The notes beneath the pieces are model-generated. The model was given only the letters and a program-made list of their open reading frames with translations. It searched no databases and was not told where the DNA came from. A stretch of 63,682 nucleotides of DNA, the filler included, from Asterionella formosa (taxonomy: Eukaryota), in NCBI GenBank assembly GCA_002256025.1. It is 10 parts of 10 records of this genome, joined end to end, with 100 filler letters (N's around TTAATTAATTAA, not from the genome) between each part and the next. Parts side by side here need not be neighbours in the genome. Positions count along the whole stretch, not along the records: positions 24,567 to 42,844 come from NKIB01004114.1; 9 more parts are not named here. One strand, written 5' to 3'. Below are positions 25,358 to 37,146 of this stretch, one piece after another (position 1 is the stretch's first letter; every line of letters starts with the position of its first letter). A program made the position numbers and the translations under genes.

Positions 25358-28278
25358 CATCTAAGCCGCGAAATACGCCACTTTTCGAAATTTGTTCTAT
25401 GTAGGAGTGTTAATTATTTGGTACTTCACATGAATTAATGCCACTCTTCCCGGAGAAAAGGTTACTTTTAACGGTTTCATGTGAAGTTTTAACGGTTTCA
25501 TGTGAAGATTTCACAAAAAACTTTGAACTCGAGACTGAATTAGTTGATGTTTCAAATAATTCATTTCAAAGTTCAACTAAGACCCTGCTCTCGTGGCTAA
25601 TTCATTTACGACATGCATCTTCCTTCGTGAAATAGTAAGGATATTTGTGGTGTCTTAATTCATGCTACCGGGTACAGTTTATGGTTGTGCACTTCACGTA
25701 AATAATATTTACTGTTTTGCTGAACAAGATTACTTATTGTGGTTTTATGTGATGGCTGGTTCACAATCATACAGTTATTTCCAAGGCAGGACTAGTTGAT
25801 GTTACAACTAAAAATTTCAAAAGTTCAAGATAAATTTTTTAGAGGATAAATCATTGCGAAAGACGACTTCACTACAAATTGTTTGATTGCAATCTGCCCT
25901 GAATTGATTGAGCAAAACGGAACGAAATGGATCTCGAGAAATATTGCGACATGATTCGTGAGGATGCAAGCAACAACCAACCCTAATGAGGACAAAACAG
26001 GTACGGAACGAAACATTTAATATTGAATTTTAAATGCTAAACTAAATATCTATTCGAATTAGTCTGTGTTATCGACAGCAAATCTTCGGAGTGCTATTGG
26101 TCATGAATTGATGGAGAAAATCGAAGCAATGTGGTTGTCGGCAAGTGGGTGCATGAAGCATATCAACAATCATCCTTACCATCGATATTGTCAGTATCCA
26201 ATACGAATTCTCTTATTCTTTTACATAAACTATATTTCGTATGAATTCTGAAGATACAAAATATATGGATAACATACCTGGTGTATTGTGAATATGTCTG
26301 GAATGGCATCGTGATGCTGAGTGTGTTGACCTCAGCGAATGAATAGTTCTTGGTATGGTACCTTGGACCAGGTACCGGTATACAAGGCCTACTCAGGGCT
26401 ACTATGATACATACTTCCAGGGCTAGTACCAGGGGAGTAGCTGTTACCTGGTACCTTGTACCTTGGGTCTTTTGACGTTGCACTCAGACATACTAACAAA
26501 TAGCTATACTGTATGGTACCACCAGGTACTCCTGGCTGGTAGGTACCAGGTCATCGTTACAAGTTTGAGACTGTAGGTTTGCCCTACCAGTATTTCCGTC
26601 TTTCCCTTCTTGTTACAATAGGAATTATTTCGTTCGTACTGAGAAACTGTACTCATTTCTACGTGCATACTGTGGAACTGTAGGCTTGCACTACCAGCAT
26701 TGCTTCCCGTATTACCCTTATTACAAAAGAATATGGCATTCGTACTGTGAATACATTAAGAGTAACCACTGGCTGTGTCCTCTCCTTCTTGTCATACCGA
26801 TATTTGTTTAAGGTCACACTTGTAGCATCAAAAAGTTTCCCGACGAAGTAAGACTGCGCCAGGTTTTTTCATGTAGATTGTAGGTTCTGTTGGTACAAAA
26901 ATGAAGTCATGGCTGCGCCAGGATTTTTGACCCTCTGAATTCATAAAGACAACATTTAACCACCACTGTGCACAATATATGTTTTCAACATGGGGACGAC
27001 CCTTAAAAGCAGCATCCCCTTCTAGCTTTTCAGCGCCTCACCATTAACAAATCCTACATCAGCCAAGAACTCACATATTGTTTGTTGAAACAATAGAAGG
27101 TGGAATGACACAACATTGAGATTGTAAGCAATCGATGCTTTCAAGGTAAGATTTATTTGCTTGCTATTTTTGCTATTATATCACCAAGCGAGGGATAACT
27201 CATGATATGTCATGCTTTTGTTTTCAACATTCATTTGACATTTGAACAGGCTTTTTCAGAAAAGCAGTGTTCTTTGGAAAGTATGAGTGATAGCAGATAA
27301 AATGACACAACAATATGGAGACCCGCAATGGAGGCCTTCAAGGTGAGCTTAGTCTTCAGTTTTCATAATTGTATCAGCAAAGCGAGCGATAAATCACATG
27401 GTTCTATTATTGTTATCAACATTTATTTGACATTTTAGCCGTCCATTTCACAACAGGAGCATTCTCTTGAACGTACTAGTGAGTTGTGGTGCTGCCTGGC
27501 TGATGCCAATTTGTTGTTTCAATTCGACTGCCCCAAGAAACAGTTGAATACTACCACATCTGTGTGTTGCTTGCTGCTGTTGCTAGTTCTGTCATATGAA
27601 TTACTGAAACACTGTTGTTTTGTAAATCTTTGCAGGTCAATGAAGAAGTCATTTCAAGGTGAAGAAGGAAGCCAGTGTGTGATGCATTCATGTTGCAACC
27701 TCGTACAATGATGCCTGTTCAAGAGTGAATATTTTTCCTTTCTGAATGAACGGCTTCTCTTCGTCTTGCAGTGTCCTTCCTTACAGATGTCTCATATTGC
27801 CTGCCTTCTCAAGACTGAAGATTCCATTCATCTGATAGAACAACTTGTTTTGATTGCATATCCAGATTTGTTTCCCATGTAATGTGAAATAACGGTACTA
27901 CTAGTTGAATTAGTAATTAACATTATTTGATAGTACTTTTTAATTACATGAACAAAATTACAGAATAACATAAACAAATTTAAAACATTACATGAACTAT
28001 ATTATAGAATTACATCAACAAAATTATAAGGCAATGTGAACTAAATTACAGAATTAATTGAAGTATTTCAAATAATTAAGTGAAGGTGATCACGTAATAT
28101 AGTGTTGATCAGGAGTGCATGCATGATACTCTGATCAAATAATTAACGTGATGTATTCAGATAATATATAGATATTCAAGTAAGCATTTTGATGTATTCA
28201 ACTAATTCATGTGATCCATTCAAAATCAACTAGGCTTATTTACGTGAAGGTCACTTCACGTAATACGCGGCGTAGATG
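25358..28278. mobile_element. Non-autonomous TIR DNA transposon (2921 bp) with TA target duplication
   Basis: Left end CATCTAAGCCGCGAAATACG; right end reverse-complemented CATCTACGCCGCGTATTACG (17/20 match). TA on both sides. No long ORF. A second left end is at 63550-63682. Confidence 0.8.
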
Positions 28279-29189
28279 TAAGCTTTTATGAGGTAACAAT
28301 AAATTTGATCAGAATTTTCGTCATAAAAAATCTGAAGAAACAGGTGTATAGGAAACTGTAGTGATTATTACAGTACCTGGTACCAGGTAGTAATGATTGG
28401 ATTATGCCTCATGCTACCGGTAGTATGGTTTACCTCATTTTAATTTTCTTGTTGACCTTGCTTCGTGCATAAAGTACTAGCTACTGAAACGAGTAAGCAT
28501 ATTGGCAACACTCCTATATCAGGGGTCAGAATAGTGATTTTCTTAGTCATCTTTTTCACTACAAGAACACATATGATTAAAATTCAATTGCCCCCAAATT
28601 GATTTGAAATTTTTATCCGCGACCAGAAAAAAGATTGCCGTGCTGACCCTCGAGACAATTCACAAAACATGCGTGCTTATATAGATACTGTGTCGTATCG
28701 TTGCAAATCTGATGAATGAAATAACCGGGAAAACTAAATAAATTTATTAGCGTAGATTTAGCGGATTTAACCACCGGGACCAGTTGCAAATTCTGCTGAT
28801 TCTTTGGATTTCATCAGCGATGACGTAACAATACCGGTACCTGGTACCTTTCTTCATGTGAAAACGATTAGGGACTGCCTGGTACCGGTACCCGGTAATA
28901 CATTCCGGTACTCGTGAATTATTTTATCGTACTGCACACCAGGGACGATGTACAAATATGAAACTGTCGCTCCAGGTACCAGGGTGCACCAGGGTGTACC
29001 AGGGTACCTGCTACCAGGTACCAGGTACCAGGTACCAGGTACTGGTAAACCAGTAAGCATGTGAAACTGGAAGACGTTGAAAAAAGAAATTTGTCAATGT
29101 GACTTTGCTTCGGCAACTCAGCGGCGTTTTTCAATCATTTTTTGGCGTAATTCTTCGCGCAAGTTGTAATTGTCTTCTTTTGAACTGAC

Positions 29190-32114
29190 ATGTCTGCTTC
29201 ATCTCCGGCTGCTGGTAATGGACCAGTGTTCGCTCCTGTGACGGTTGCTCCGTCTTCGATTGTTCTCAGTGCCCAAGCTCCACTTGATTCAGGTACTCTG
29301 CCCCCAAGTAGTATTTCTGGAAGCGTCTTGATTGACCAGGACGGGGATGGCATTGCAGATGGACCTTTGGCTCAAGTTCTGGTTTCTCTCAATGACGCAA
29401 ACGACTCTCTGATTGAACAAACAAGTACTAATGAAAAGGGCATGTACGCATTCTATGACGTGCCTGCTGGAACCTACTTCGTCAGAGAAACGAACCCCGC
29501 AGGACACGTTGATGTGAGCGATACTTCTGATACGGGCAATACTACCGATAATGAAATCATTGTCTTGATGAATGATGGAGACACTAGAACGGGGAACAAC
29601 TTCATCGATCGTCTCACGGTCGTACAGCCTTCAGTCCCTTCCACCAGTCCTTCGGTTGCTCCAATTTTATCAGCTCCCTCTGCTGCCCCAAGCTCTGCAG
29701 ATGCCAAGATGGGGATTATATATGGTCATGTCTACGTCAAGGACTCCGGCGACCAGACTGCCCATAAGCCACTTGTTGGCGTTGTAATTTCCCTTGTACC
29801 TGACGATACCAGTATCCAGACGGTTCGTGTAGGTACCAACGTTGCTGGGTACTACGAATTCGTGGATGTTCTCCCTGGAAAGTACAAGATCATACAATCC
29901 AATCTTGAAGGCTACACCAATATCAATGACACAGAAGGCGACCCGACTGATGGAACGATCGCAGTGGAAATATCGAACGCTGCCCTTTCGTCGGGCAACA
30001 ATGACTTTGTCGACGCAGCTTCTACCTCGGTGGAAGGGACCAATACAAACAATGACAACGTTCCTGATAGTGCGACACTTTATATTTCAGGGCGAGTTTG
30101 GGCTGATACCGATGGTGATGGAGTTGGTGACGCAGTTTTGTCCGGAGTGCAAATCGATCTAAGGGACCTAGACGGGCACACCATTTTAACTGAGCAAACT
30201 GATGACCATGGCCTCTTTGAATTTTCCAATGTCGCTCCAGCGAAATACCAAATCGTGGAAACTAATCTTCCCGGATATACTGAGGTTTCTGATTCTCAAG
30301 GTGAAGAACTCGATAATCTCATTTTAGTAGATCTCACAAACGGGACTTCGTCATACGACAATTCCTTTACCGACGCACCTCCTCCAAATGTGGTTATAGC
30401 CACGGAAGCCCCTGGAGTTGCACTCTATGTTTCGGGTCGAGTGCAAGCTGACACAAACGGAGATAGTTTGGCTGACGAGGCTTTGCCTGGAGTGATGCTC
30501 GAACTTATCAATTTGGGCACCAATGAAACTCTGTACAAAAGTACTGACGACAAGGGTCTTTTTGAATTCGACGAGGTAAATCCTGGGAAATACAAGCTTC
30601 TCGAAATAAATCTACCTGGTTATACTGACATCTGGGACAGTGAAGGTGACGCTCATGACAGCTTTGTTACATTAGATCTCACAGAAGGAATGTCATCATA
30701 TGACAACAATTTTGTCGATGCACCTCCTGCGAATTTAATTCCCACTGATCCCCCTACTCTAGCGCCGGCCATTGTGACTGGAGAAGTTTTGGCTGACACC
30801 GATGGTGATGGTGAAGGTGATACGCCTTTGTCTGGGGTGGAAGTGCTCCTTATCGATGATGGCGACAATGTCGTTTTTGTTGATTTCACTGATAGTCAAG
30901 GCATCTTCAACTTCACCGAGGCTATACCCACTGGCAAATATCATCTCACCCAAACCAATCTCGCCAACTACGTGGATTTGAAAGACAGCGAAGGGGATCC
31001 CTACGATAGCACTGTCTACATTGATTTTCACGAAGGCACGCCTTCTGGGAATCACCAGTTTGTCGATAGGCCAGTAGCAAGTGTACCATCGGCGGCACCT
31101 TCCAATGACCCAACTGCTGCTTTGCCGGATGTCCCTGGATCTATTTCTGGGAGAGTTTTTGTTGATACCGATGGAGATGGTATCGGAGATGTGCCCTTGC
31201 CTGGAGTCAGTGTCGACCTCTATTCGGAGAACAATAAATTAGAAACGTCAGGAACGGATCAAGAAGGCATCTTTACGTTCTTTGATGTCCCTGCTGGCAC
31301 TTATCAAATTGTCGAAAACAAATTTCAGGGCTATATTGACGCGTCCAATACCAACGGGAACAAGAGGAATAGCACAATTTCCGTGACGCTTAAAAATGGA
31401 GAAGCTTCAGTTGATATAATGTTCGTTGACAAACCAGAAAACGATGGCTCGCCACTTGGTATTATTTCTGGGACTGTCTTTGCTGATTCTAATGGTGACG
31501 GCATCGGTGACCTACCGTTGGAATCAGTAAGAGTGGATCTCCTTGATAGGAATGGTGGTAGTCTTGCAATGGTTGGGACAAGCAAGGAAGGGGTATTTGT
31601 GTTTCATGACATCCCTGCTGGGAGCTACCAATTGACCCACTCCACCCTTCCAGGCTATGAAGTTCTCTCAGATTCCGACGGAGCAACCGACAATCTGATT
31701 CGGATTTATCTCTTGGACGGCAAATCCTCATTGAACAATGCATTTGTCGACGCTGCGCCTCCGGGACTTATCGTTCCAACTATCGCGCCATCTACCAAGA
31801 CTGCTGCTCCTGTTGATTCCCCAAGTGCAGCAGCACCTAGTGATGTCCCTTTCCCTGTTCCTGGGACTGTAGATCCTCCTAGTGTGAAGGCTGTAGAAAA
31901 TTCCCTTGCCAACCCTTATGCGGCCGATACCGTAAGCCAGGATGGCCTCAGCAGTGGTGCTGTCGCTGGAATCGTCATTTTTTCCATTTTTTGCGTTGTC
32001 CTTGTTCATCTCTTCATAAAACGACGACGTTCCATCCGTGGTTCCTCCTCAAGTTCAGTTTCCAGTTTGGCCCCCTTTAGCAAAAACTTCGCCTCTCGTG
32101 GATCCCTTTCCTAG
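29190..32114 (+). CDS. Membrane-anchored surface protein with seven SdrD-B/CnaB-like repeats
   Basis: Seven units of the form ISGxVxxDxDGDG..L.GV.V.L....T...G.F.F..V..G.Y...ETN..GY..DS....N.FVD, joined by P/S/T/A linkers. C-terminal TM helix AVAGIVIFSIFCVVLVHLFI followed by KRRR. Confidence 0.88.
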   Translation: MSASSPAAGNGPVFAPVTVAPSSIVLSAQAPLDSGTLPPSSISGSVLIDQDGDGIADGPLAQVLVSLNDANDSLIEQTSTNEKGMYAFYDVPAGTYFVRETNPAGHVDVSDTSDTGNTTDNEIIVLMNDGDTRTGNNFIDRLTVVQPSVPSTSPSVAPILSAPSAAPSSADAKMGIIYGHVYVKDSGDQTAHKPLVGVVISLVPDDTSIQTVRVGTNVAGYYEFVDVLPGKYKIIQSNLEGYTNINDTEGDPTDGTIAVEISNAALSSGNNDFVDAASTSVEGTNTNNDNVPDSATLYISGRVWADTDGDGVGDAVLSGVQIDLRDLDGHTILTEQTDDHGLFEFSNVAPAKYQIVETNLPGYTEVSDSQGEELDNLILVDLTNGTSSYDNSFTDAPPPNVVIATEAPGVALYVSGRVQADTNGDSLADEALPGVMLELINLGTNETLYKSTDDKGLFEFDEVNPGKYKLLEINLPGYTDIWDSEGDAHDSFVTLDLTEGMSSYDNNFVDAPPANLIPTDPPTLAPAIVTGEVLADTDGDGEGDTPLSGVEVLLIDDGDNVVFVDFTDSQGIFNFTEAIPTGKYHLTQTNLANYVDLKDSEGDPYDSTVYIDFHEGTPSGNHQFVDRPVASVPSAAPSNDPTAALPDVPGSISGRVFVDTDGDGIGDVPLPGVSVDLYSENNKLETSGTDQEGIFTFFDVPAGTYQIVENKFQGYIDASNTNGNKRNSTISVTLKNGEASVDIMFVDKPENDGSPLGIISGTVFADSNGDGIGDLPLESVRVDLLDRNGGSLAMVGTSKEGVFVFHDIPAGSYQLTHSTLPGYEVLSDSDGATDNLIRIYLLDGKSSLNNAFVDAAPPGLIVPTIAPSTKTAAPVDSPSAAAPSDVPFPVPGTVDPPSVKAVENSLANPYAADTVSQDGLSSGAVAGIVIFSIFCVVLVHLFIKRRRSIRGSSSSSVSSLAPFSKNFASRGSLS

Positions 32115-32552
32115 ATCCGAGTTCATTATACTAAAACAGGAAAGCTTAGCAGTTAAAATTGAATCTAGATTGTATTGTCTATGCTACTCTCATCTTGCAA
32201 AGCAGAAGACAGCTCTTTCATTCTGTGCTTGATAGATTTGAGCTGAGTTTGTTGGAGGTAGGTAGCATTGAGTCGATATCACCATTTGCTCCATGTACTC
32301 GCCAATTTCAGACATTGAGATGCGTATGTTCAAGTGGAACTAATGTGTGAAACGATGCTTCATCGATATGCTTTCAAAATCCTAAAATAAATATCAAAAA
32401 CATTTTTATATTTTCAATGATATGTGTACATATTTCTAACGCGTAAAAGCACCTTTGTATTATAATCCTCCAGAAGCAAAGTAAGATTTTTGAACGATGA
32501 GACTGTTCAGCTTCTCTTGTGCCTACAGCCACGACCATAGGCACTACGCAAG

Positions 32553-33659
32553 TCATGCGGCGCGTCCAACACCAACTGGCTGTTCGGGGGGAAATTCTGG
32601 CAGTGCTAGGGGAGGCGAAGTCATCAAATCCTTAATTCCAGAGTCGAAGGCGCCTTTGTGGCCAGACATCTTGAATTGCGCTAGTCCCTTCGAGGCAGAT
32701 AACTTTTGTGAAGCAGAGGACTGTGACAAGAATGAGGAAGGAGTAACCGTCGGAATATTCGACATGCTGGCGGACCGAATGTCATCCAAGATCCTGAGTG
32801 GATGCTCATCGAGCCGCGATACCAGCATGCTGTAAGAAGTCGTTCGCTTCTTGGCGCGAGGCTTCTCATTATCATCTTCGAGTCCAGCAAGCTTGACGGT
32901 ATAAGAGCGACGGACAATATTGGGTTGTCCTTCGTTCAAGGATGCCTTCTTGTTGCGCTTGGACGAGGTGAGCTCATAGTCGTCGTCACTGAGCTCAAAG
33001 TCACCATCGCCGTCCATGTATTCCCCTTCATCCATAACATGGGGAAGACTGGACTGTTTTGAATGAAAAAGATCAACGCTATCTTCATCGTCATCGTTCA
33101 TGTAGGTGAGAATAGGACAGGACCTGTAGAGAGCCTTAGTGTCCGTTTCCTCCAAGCTCGAAAACGATGCCATGTTGACTGAGAGCTGAAATTGAAAGAG
33201 AGATCCAATAATGGAAGATCTCTTTTCATGACCGTGGTCATAAAAGTAAGTCTTCATCTCGTCGTGTCGTCTGCGATGGAAGATTCGATCAGACGCGTGA
33301 AACGAAGAATGCCTGCGCGGCTTACGTGCGGCTGGCGCCTTCGTGATTTCAGTGACAGTGATACTTTGGGCTGTGCTGTCTGAACTGACCGTAGTCACGC
33401 TCTGCAACGATCCTCGTCGTTGCTTTGGTTTGCGAAACATAGGGTCATCAACTTCCTCCTCCAACTCTTGCACAATTTCTTCAAAGATTGACTCGTGCTC
33501 CTTGACCTTGAGTTGGGCTTCGTCAAATTTTACCGACCCTTGCATTTTGGGAGTAGAATCAGCCGCGGCAACACCCAGAAGAGTCAATCGATTCTCGTGA
33601 TCTCTCTCCAGATCTGAAAAGGCCATGCTTCCTTCACGCTGTATACGCTTTGATGCCAT
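32553..33659 (-). CDS. Hypothetical low-complexity S/R/D-rich protein (368 aa from ATG 33659)
   Basis: Long uninterrupted ORF in a gene-dense tract, with several RRxS motifs. No recognisable domain. Confidence 0.7.
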   Translation of the reverse strand: MASKRIQREGSMAFSDLERDHENRLTLLGVAAADSTPKMQGSVKFDEAQLKVKEHESIFEEIVQELEEEVDDPMFRKPKQRRGSLQSVTTVSSDSTAQSITVTEITKAPAARKPRRHSSFHASDRIFHRRRHDEMKTYFYDHGHEKRSSIIGSLFQFQLSVNMASFSSLEETDTKALYRSCPILTYMNDDDEDSVDLFHSKQSSLPHVMDEGEYMDGDGDFELSDDDYELTSSKRNKKASLNEGQPNIVRRSYTVKLAGLEDDNEKPRAKKRTTSYSMLVSRLDEHPLRILDDIRSASMSNIPTVTPSSFLSQSSASQKLSASKGLAQFKMSGHKGAFDSGIKDLMTSPPLALPEFPPEQPVGVGRAA

Positions 33660-34029
33660 GGTGTCGTTGTTGTGTTTTGTTATGTTATGTGATGCTGTGT
33701 TTTGGCAAAGAGGACCAACAGTGGGAGTATAATGCGAACTTTCGGTAAAATACCAGAAATACCGGAAGTCACATTGCTGTTGACACAGCCCGGTGTATTT
33801 TTCGGTCGTGAAAAGCCTACCTAAGGAGCGCAGTACCAAGTACCATGGTGCAGTATCCCGAAACGTACTGACTACCGGTATTAGTATGGATTACATTTGC
33901 ACGAGAGAATGAAATTTCGCCTTCCATTTATGCGGGCTTTATTACTGGACATTCGTAGGCTTCAATCACATATAACATTTTGCATATATATACATTATCA
34001 CTTATAGAGTGACTACAGTATAAATACCA

Positions 34030-34119
34030 GCAAGTTGAGGTAATTGTGTTGAAGCTACATATTTAGCTATCTTTATCAAATATTAAATTGTTTATTTGAG
34101 CAAAATGACCGCAACATGC
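34030..34119. mobile_element. ~90-bp MITE-like element (copies at 54395-54484 and 62980-63088)
   Basis: Termini approximate CAAGTTGCGGTC...GACCGCAACTTG. The core TAATTGTGTTGAAGCTACATATTTAGCT is identical in the first two copies. Confidence 0.75.
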
Positions 34120-34659
34120 AGGGCGTTACCTGGTACCACTCTATGTGTAAATTATACATAAACAAAACATAAATGTCGGTAAGCGTGAACAAGTCACAGC
34201 TAGCTAATACGGTGACCAATCATAAAAATGGTCATCGGCTTGAGTACCAGGTTGATGTACACCGGTATAAGGCACCGATTATGGAACGTACTTTACAAGA
34301 AAAATCCGGCAGGGTACAAGGTACGCGTACTCATTGAAGAAATTACTAAGACAACAGTTGTAGTGGTAATTATGTACCGCAACTACTTGCAGGTACCAGG
34401 AACTCCGGCCTGGTACCTGGTACCGTCCAGATCGGCTTCCATGTTTCCGAACAGGTCTTATGTTTCTACAATAGTGCCGGTGGTACCAGGTACCAATAGT
34501 CTACGTATGGTCAATATCTATACCAATGATATGTAGCTAGAGTACCAGGTACCGGTATATATTTGGCACTGTTAGCCTAAAATGATGAATACTTGTACTT
34601 GATAATCCATCACTCCTTCAGTTCGCTCTCGTAATAAATAGTCCAGTCCAGCAAAAGAC

Positions 34660-35940
34660 ATGGATAAAAAGAAATGGACTTTACTAGGTCAAGATCCTGA
34701 TGTCTTGCTGGCCATGTGGGCCAATTTGGTCTCATGGTTCGTCTCGACTTTCTGTCCGTCCTTTCTTCCTCAGCTGCTACCCTCTTGCGAGCAAGAAGAT
34801 CCCTCGCCCTCGTCCAGCGACCAGACCAGATGCATATCCATAGGTCGACCAGGGGGACTGGAACAACTTCGAGTCGTTTCCTTGAAGCCAAACCTGTGCA
34901 CCAAGGGATACAACCTCCTGGACGGCACCCCGTTTGTCGCCGTGAATCAAGTGCAATCAAGGGACTGCTTGATATTGAGAACCCACGCATTCTCCGTCAA
35001 CTATGCCGACTGCGCCATTCGATGGGGTCTGTACGAGAGTGCCAAGAAATTTGTCGGTTGGCCCATTGTGCCGGGCTTTGACGTCGCCGGGACGGTTGAG
35101 CAAGCATGCGGTGACTTGCAACGGGGAGAGCGCGTCTTTGGATGCACGTTATTTGGGGCCTACAGCTCTCGTGTGGCGCTACCAGCCATCCAAGTGCGAA
35201 GGATTCCATCAAACCTGACCTTTGCGCAAGCCGCGGCCCTTCCAGCCGTTTCGTTGACAGCCTTGTATGCCTTGACTTTGGCAGGTCACGATCCATCTCA
35301 CCCAAACAACTATCGGAACAAGGCTATATTGATTCATTCATGTGCGGGAGGAGTTGGAAGTATGTTGGTTCAAATGTCCAATCTACTTGGCTTGAGCCCC
35401 ATTGTTGGAGTCGTTGGGAGTTCCTCCAAGGTGGAGACTGCCAAGGCTCTTGGCTGTCACGTCGTTATTGACAAGTCAACTCAGGACTTATGGAAGGTTG
35501 CTGAAGAAGCTGCCCCCAATGGTTACTTTACCATTATGGACGCCAATGGTGTCTCCACTCTTCAACAGTCGTATGACCATTTGTGTCCGACAGGCAGAGT
35601 CGTTGTCTTTGGCTTTCACTCGAATCTCCCTCTGGGCCGAGCCATGCTGTCACCGTCGGAATGGATTCGCATGGGTCAAAGAATGAGTGCTATGCCTAAG
35701 TTTGATCCCATGGATCTCGTCGTTAGCAACAAAGCAGTGTTAGGTTTCAATTTGAGTTTCTTTGCGGAAGAAAAGGAATTAGTGAAGCAGCTCTTTGATC
35801 AAATTTGTGACTGGTTGGAACAGGGACTTTTGGAATGTCCTAGAGTAGTTGAAATGGAAATGGACCGCATTGGTGAAGCTCATGACCTCATTATGAGTGG
35901 CAAGAGCGTGGGAAAGATAGTCCTAACAGTTCCGATGTAA
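34660..35940 (+). CDS. MDR-superfamily NAD(P)H oxidoreductase (VAT-1/quinone oxidoreductase-like)
   Basis: SVNYADCAIRWGLY, PIVPGFDVAGTV, GAYSS, LIHSCAGGVGS (Rossmann fold) and GKIVL. Confidence 0.92.
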   Translation: MDKKKWTLLGQDPDVLLAMWANLVSWFVSTFCPSFLPQLLPSCEQEDPSPSSSDQTRCISIGRPGGLEQLRVVSLKPNLCTKGYNLLDGTPFVAVNQVQSRDCLILRTHAFSVNYADCAIRWGLYESAKKFVGWPIVPGFDVAGTVEQACGDLQRGERVFGCTLFGAYSSRVALPAIQVRRIPSNLTFAQAAALPAVSLTALYALTLAGHDPSHPNNYRNKAILIHSCAGGVGSMLVQMSNLLGLSPIVGVVGSSSKVETAKALGCHVVIDKSTQDLWKVAEEAAPNGYFTIMDANGVSTLQQSYDHLCPTGRVVVFGFHSNLPLGRAMLSPSEWIRMGQRMSAMPKFDPMDLVVSNKAVLGFNLSFFAEEKELVKQLFDQICDWLEQGLLECPRVVEMEMDRIGEAHDLIMSGKSVGKIVLTVPM

Positions 35941-35982
35941 TCTTTTCTTTTCATAACTATTTAATGAGCTATCCCAACACGA

Positions 35983-37146
35983 CTAGCCGAACATGTCGTT
36001 CAAATACTTCTTATAAATAGCCATGTATTTCGCGACAAACGCTTCAAGATGAAAAATATCTTTGCTTCCCATGGCCACACGGTGTTCATAAAAGGCGGCC
36101 CATTCTAAAACTTGTGGCTTGAGGGAATCATCTAGATTGACCAAAAGTTCGTTTACCAGAGTCTTGAGAATGACTGAAGCCGGAATGCAATTGACCAACA
36201 ATTCGTAGAGCTTTTCTCTCGCTGCCATGAGACGCTGCGGCGATTGCTCTCTGGTAATTTCTACTGCCAGCTGCTTAATGTATAGTTCCCAATCCGTGCT
36301 TGGAACTGGCATAGTAGCGGTCAAGCCATCGCGTCGTTGTACGTGACATGCTTCCAGCATGAGTAGTGCCCTCCGTAGGTTACGAGAGGACTCCTGAGCA
36401 ATGGTAATGGCGAGTTCATCAGGAAGAGCAATGTGTTCCTTGTTAGCAGTTGTCTTGAGGACAGTGCAAATATCGTCTAGCGTCGGTGCTCCAATTCTGA
36501 TTCCTAGACAACGAGATCTGACCGGATCCATGACTTTGGAAGCCGAGTTGCAAATCAGAACCAATCGACAGGTCGATGCATATCGCTCCATGGTCCGCCT
36601 GAGAGCCGCTTGCGCTTGCTTCGAAAGTCTGTCTACCTCGCTGAGAACCACGACTTTGAAGTCTGCCTTGGTGGTCCCAGACGTCAAATTCTTGTTGGAA
36701 GCCATTTCCTTGATGACTTCCTGTACAACGTAACGATCGTTAATACCAGCGTCACCTGGTGACATTTCAATGTGATAATTGGATGTTATGAGGTTGATTT
36801 CAACGGTTCGGTTGGAGGGGGTTGTAAAATTGCGTTTGTCGAGCTTTAGTTTGGTAGCGCCATTGCCAAATAGTTCTCGCAAAAGTGCCATTACTCGCGT
36901 CTTCCTGCGCAGTGGTGGTGTTAGTGGAAGCTGATGGAGCATGCTGTACTGCTACTTACTAGATACACTTGTCAGTTTCGGACAGCGAAAATTCACAACT
37001 TACTTTCCAGATCCAGGTGGCCCGTACACCAGCAAATGGGGGAGAGTGGAGGGGTTGGCAGCCAATGCTAGTAACCGCCCAGTCGTGCTGTCGTGGTAGC
37101 TTAGCTCGTCGAGCTTTGCCGGGCGATGTTTGTCGACCCACAGCAT
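35983..37146 (-). CDS. RFC3: Replication factor C subunit 3 (yeast Rfc5 orthologue); exons 37146-37004 and 36904-35983
   Basis: MLWVDKHRP, LPHLLVYGPPGSGK|KTR, SNYHIE, QAALRRTME, SRCL, HLEAF. The 99-nt intron GTAAGT...CACTAAC...CAG joins the P-loop in frame. Confidence 0.97.
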
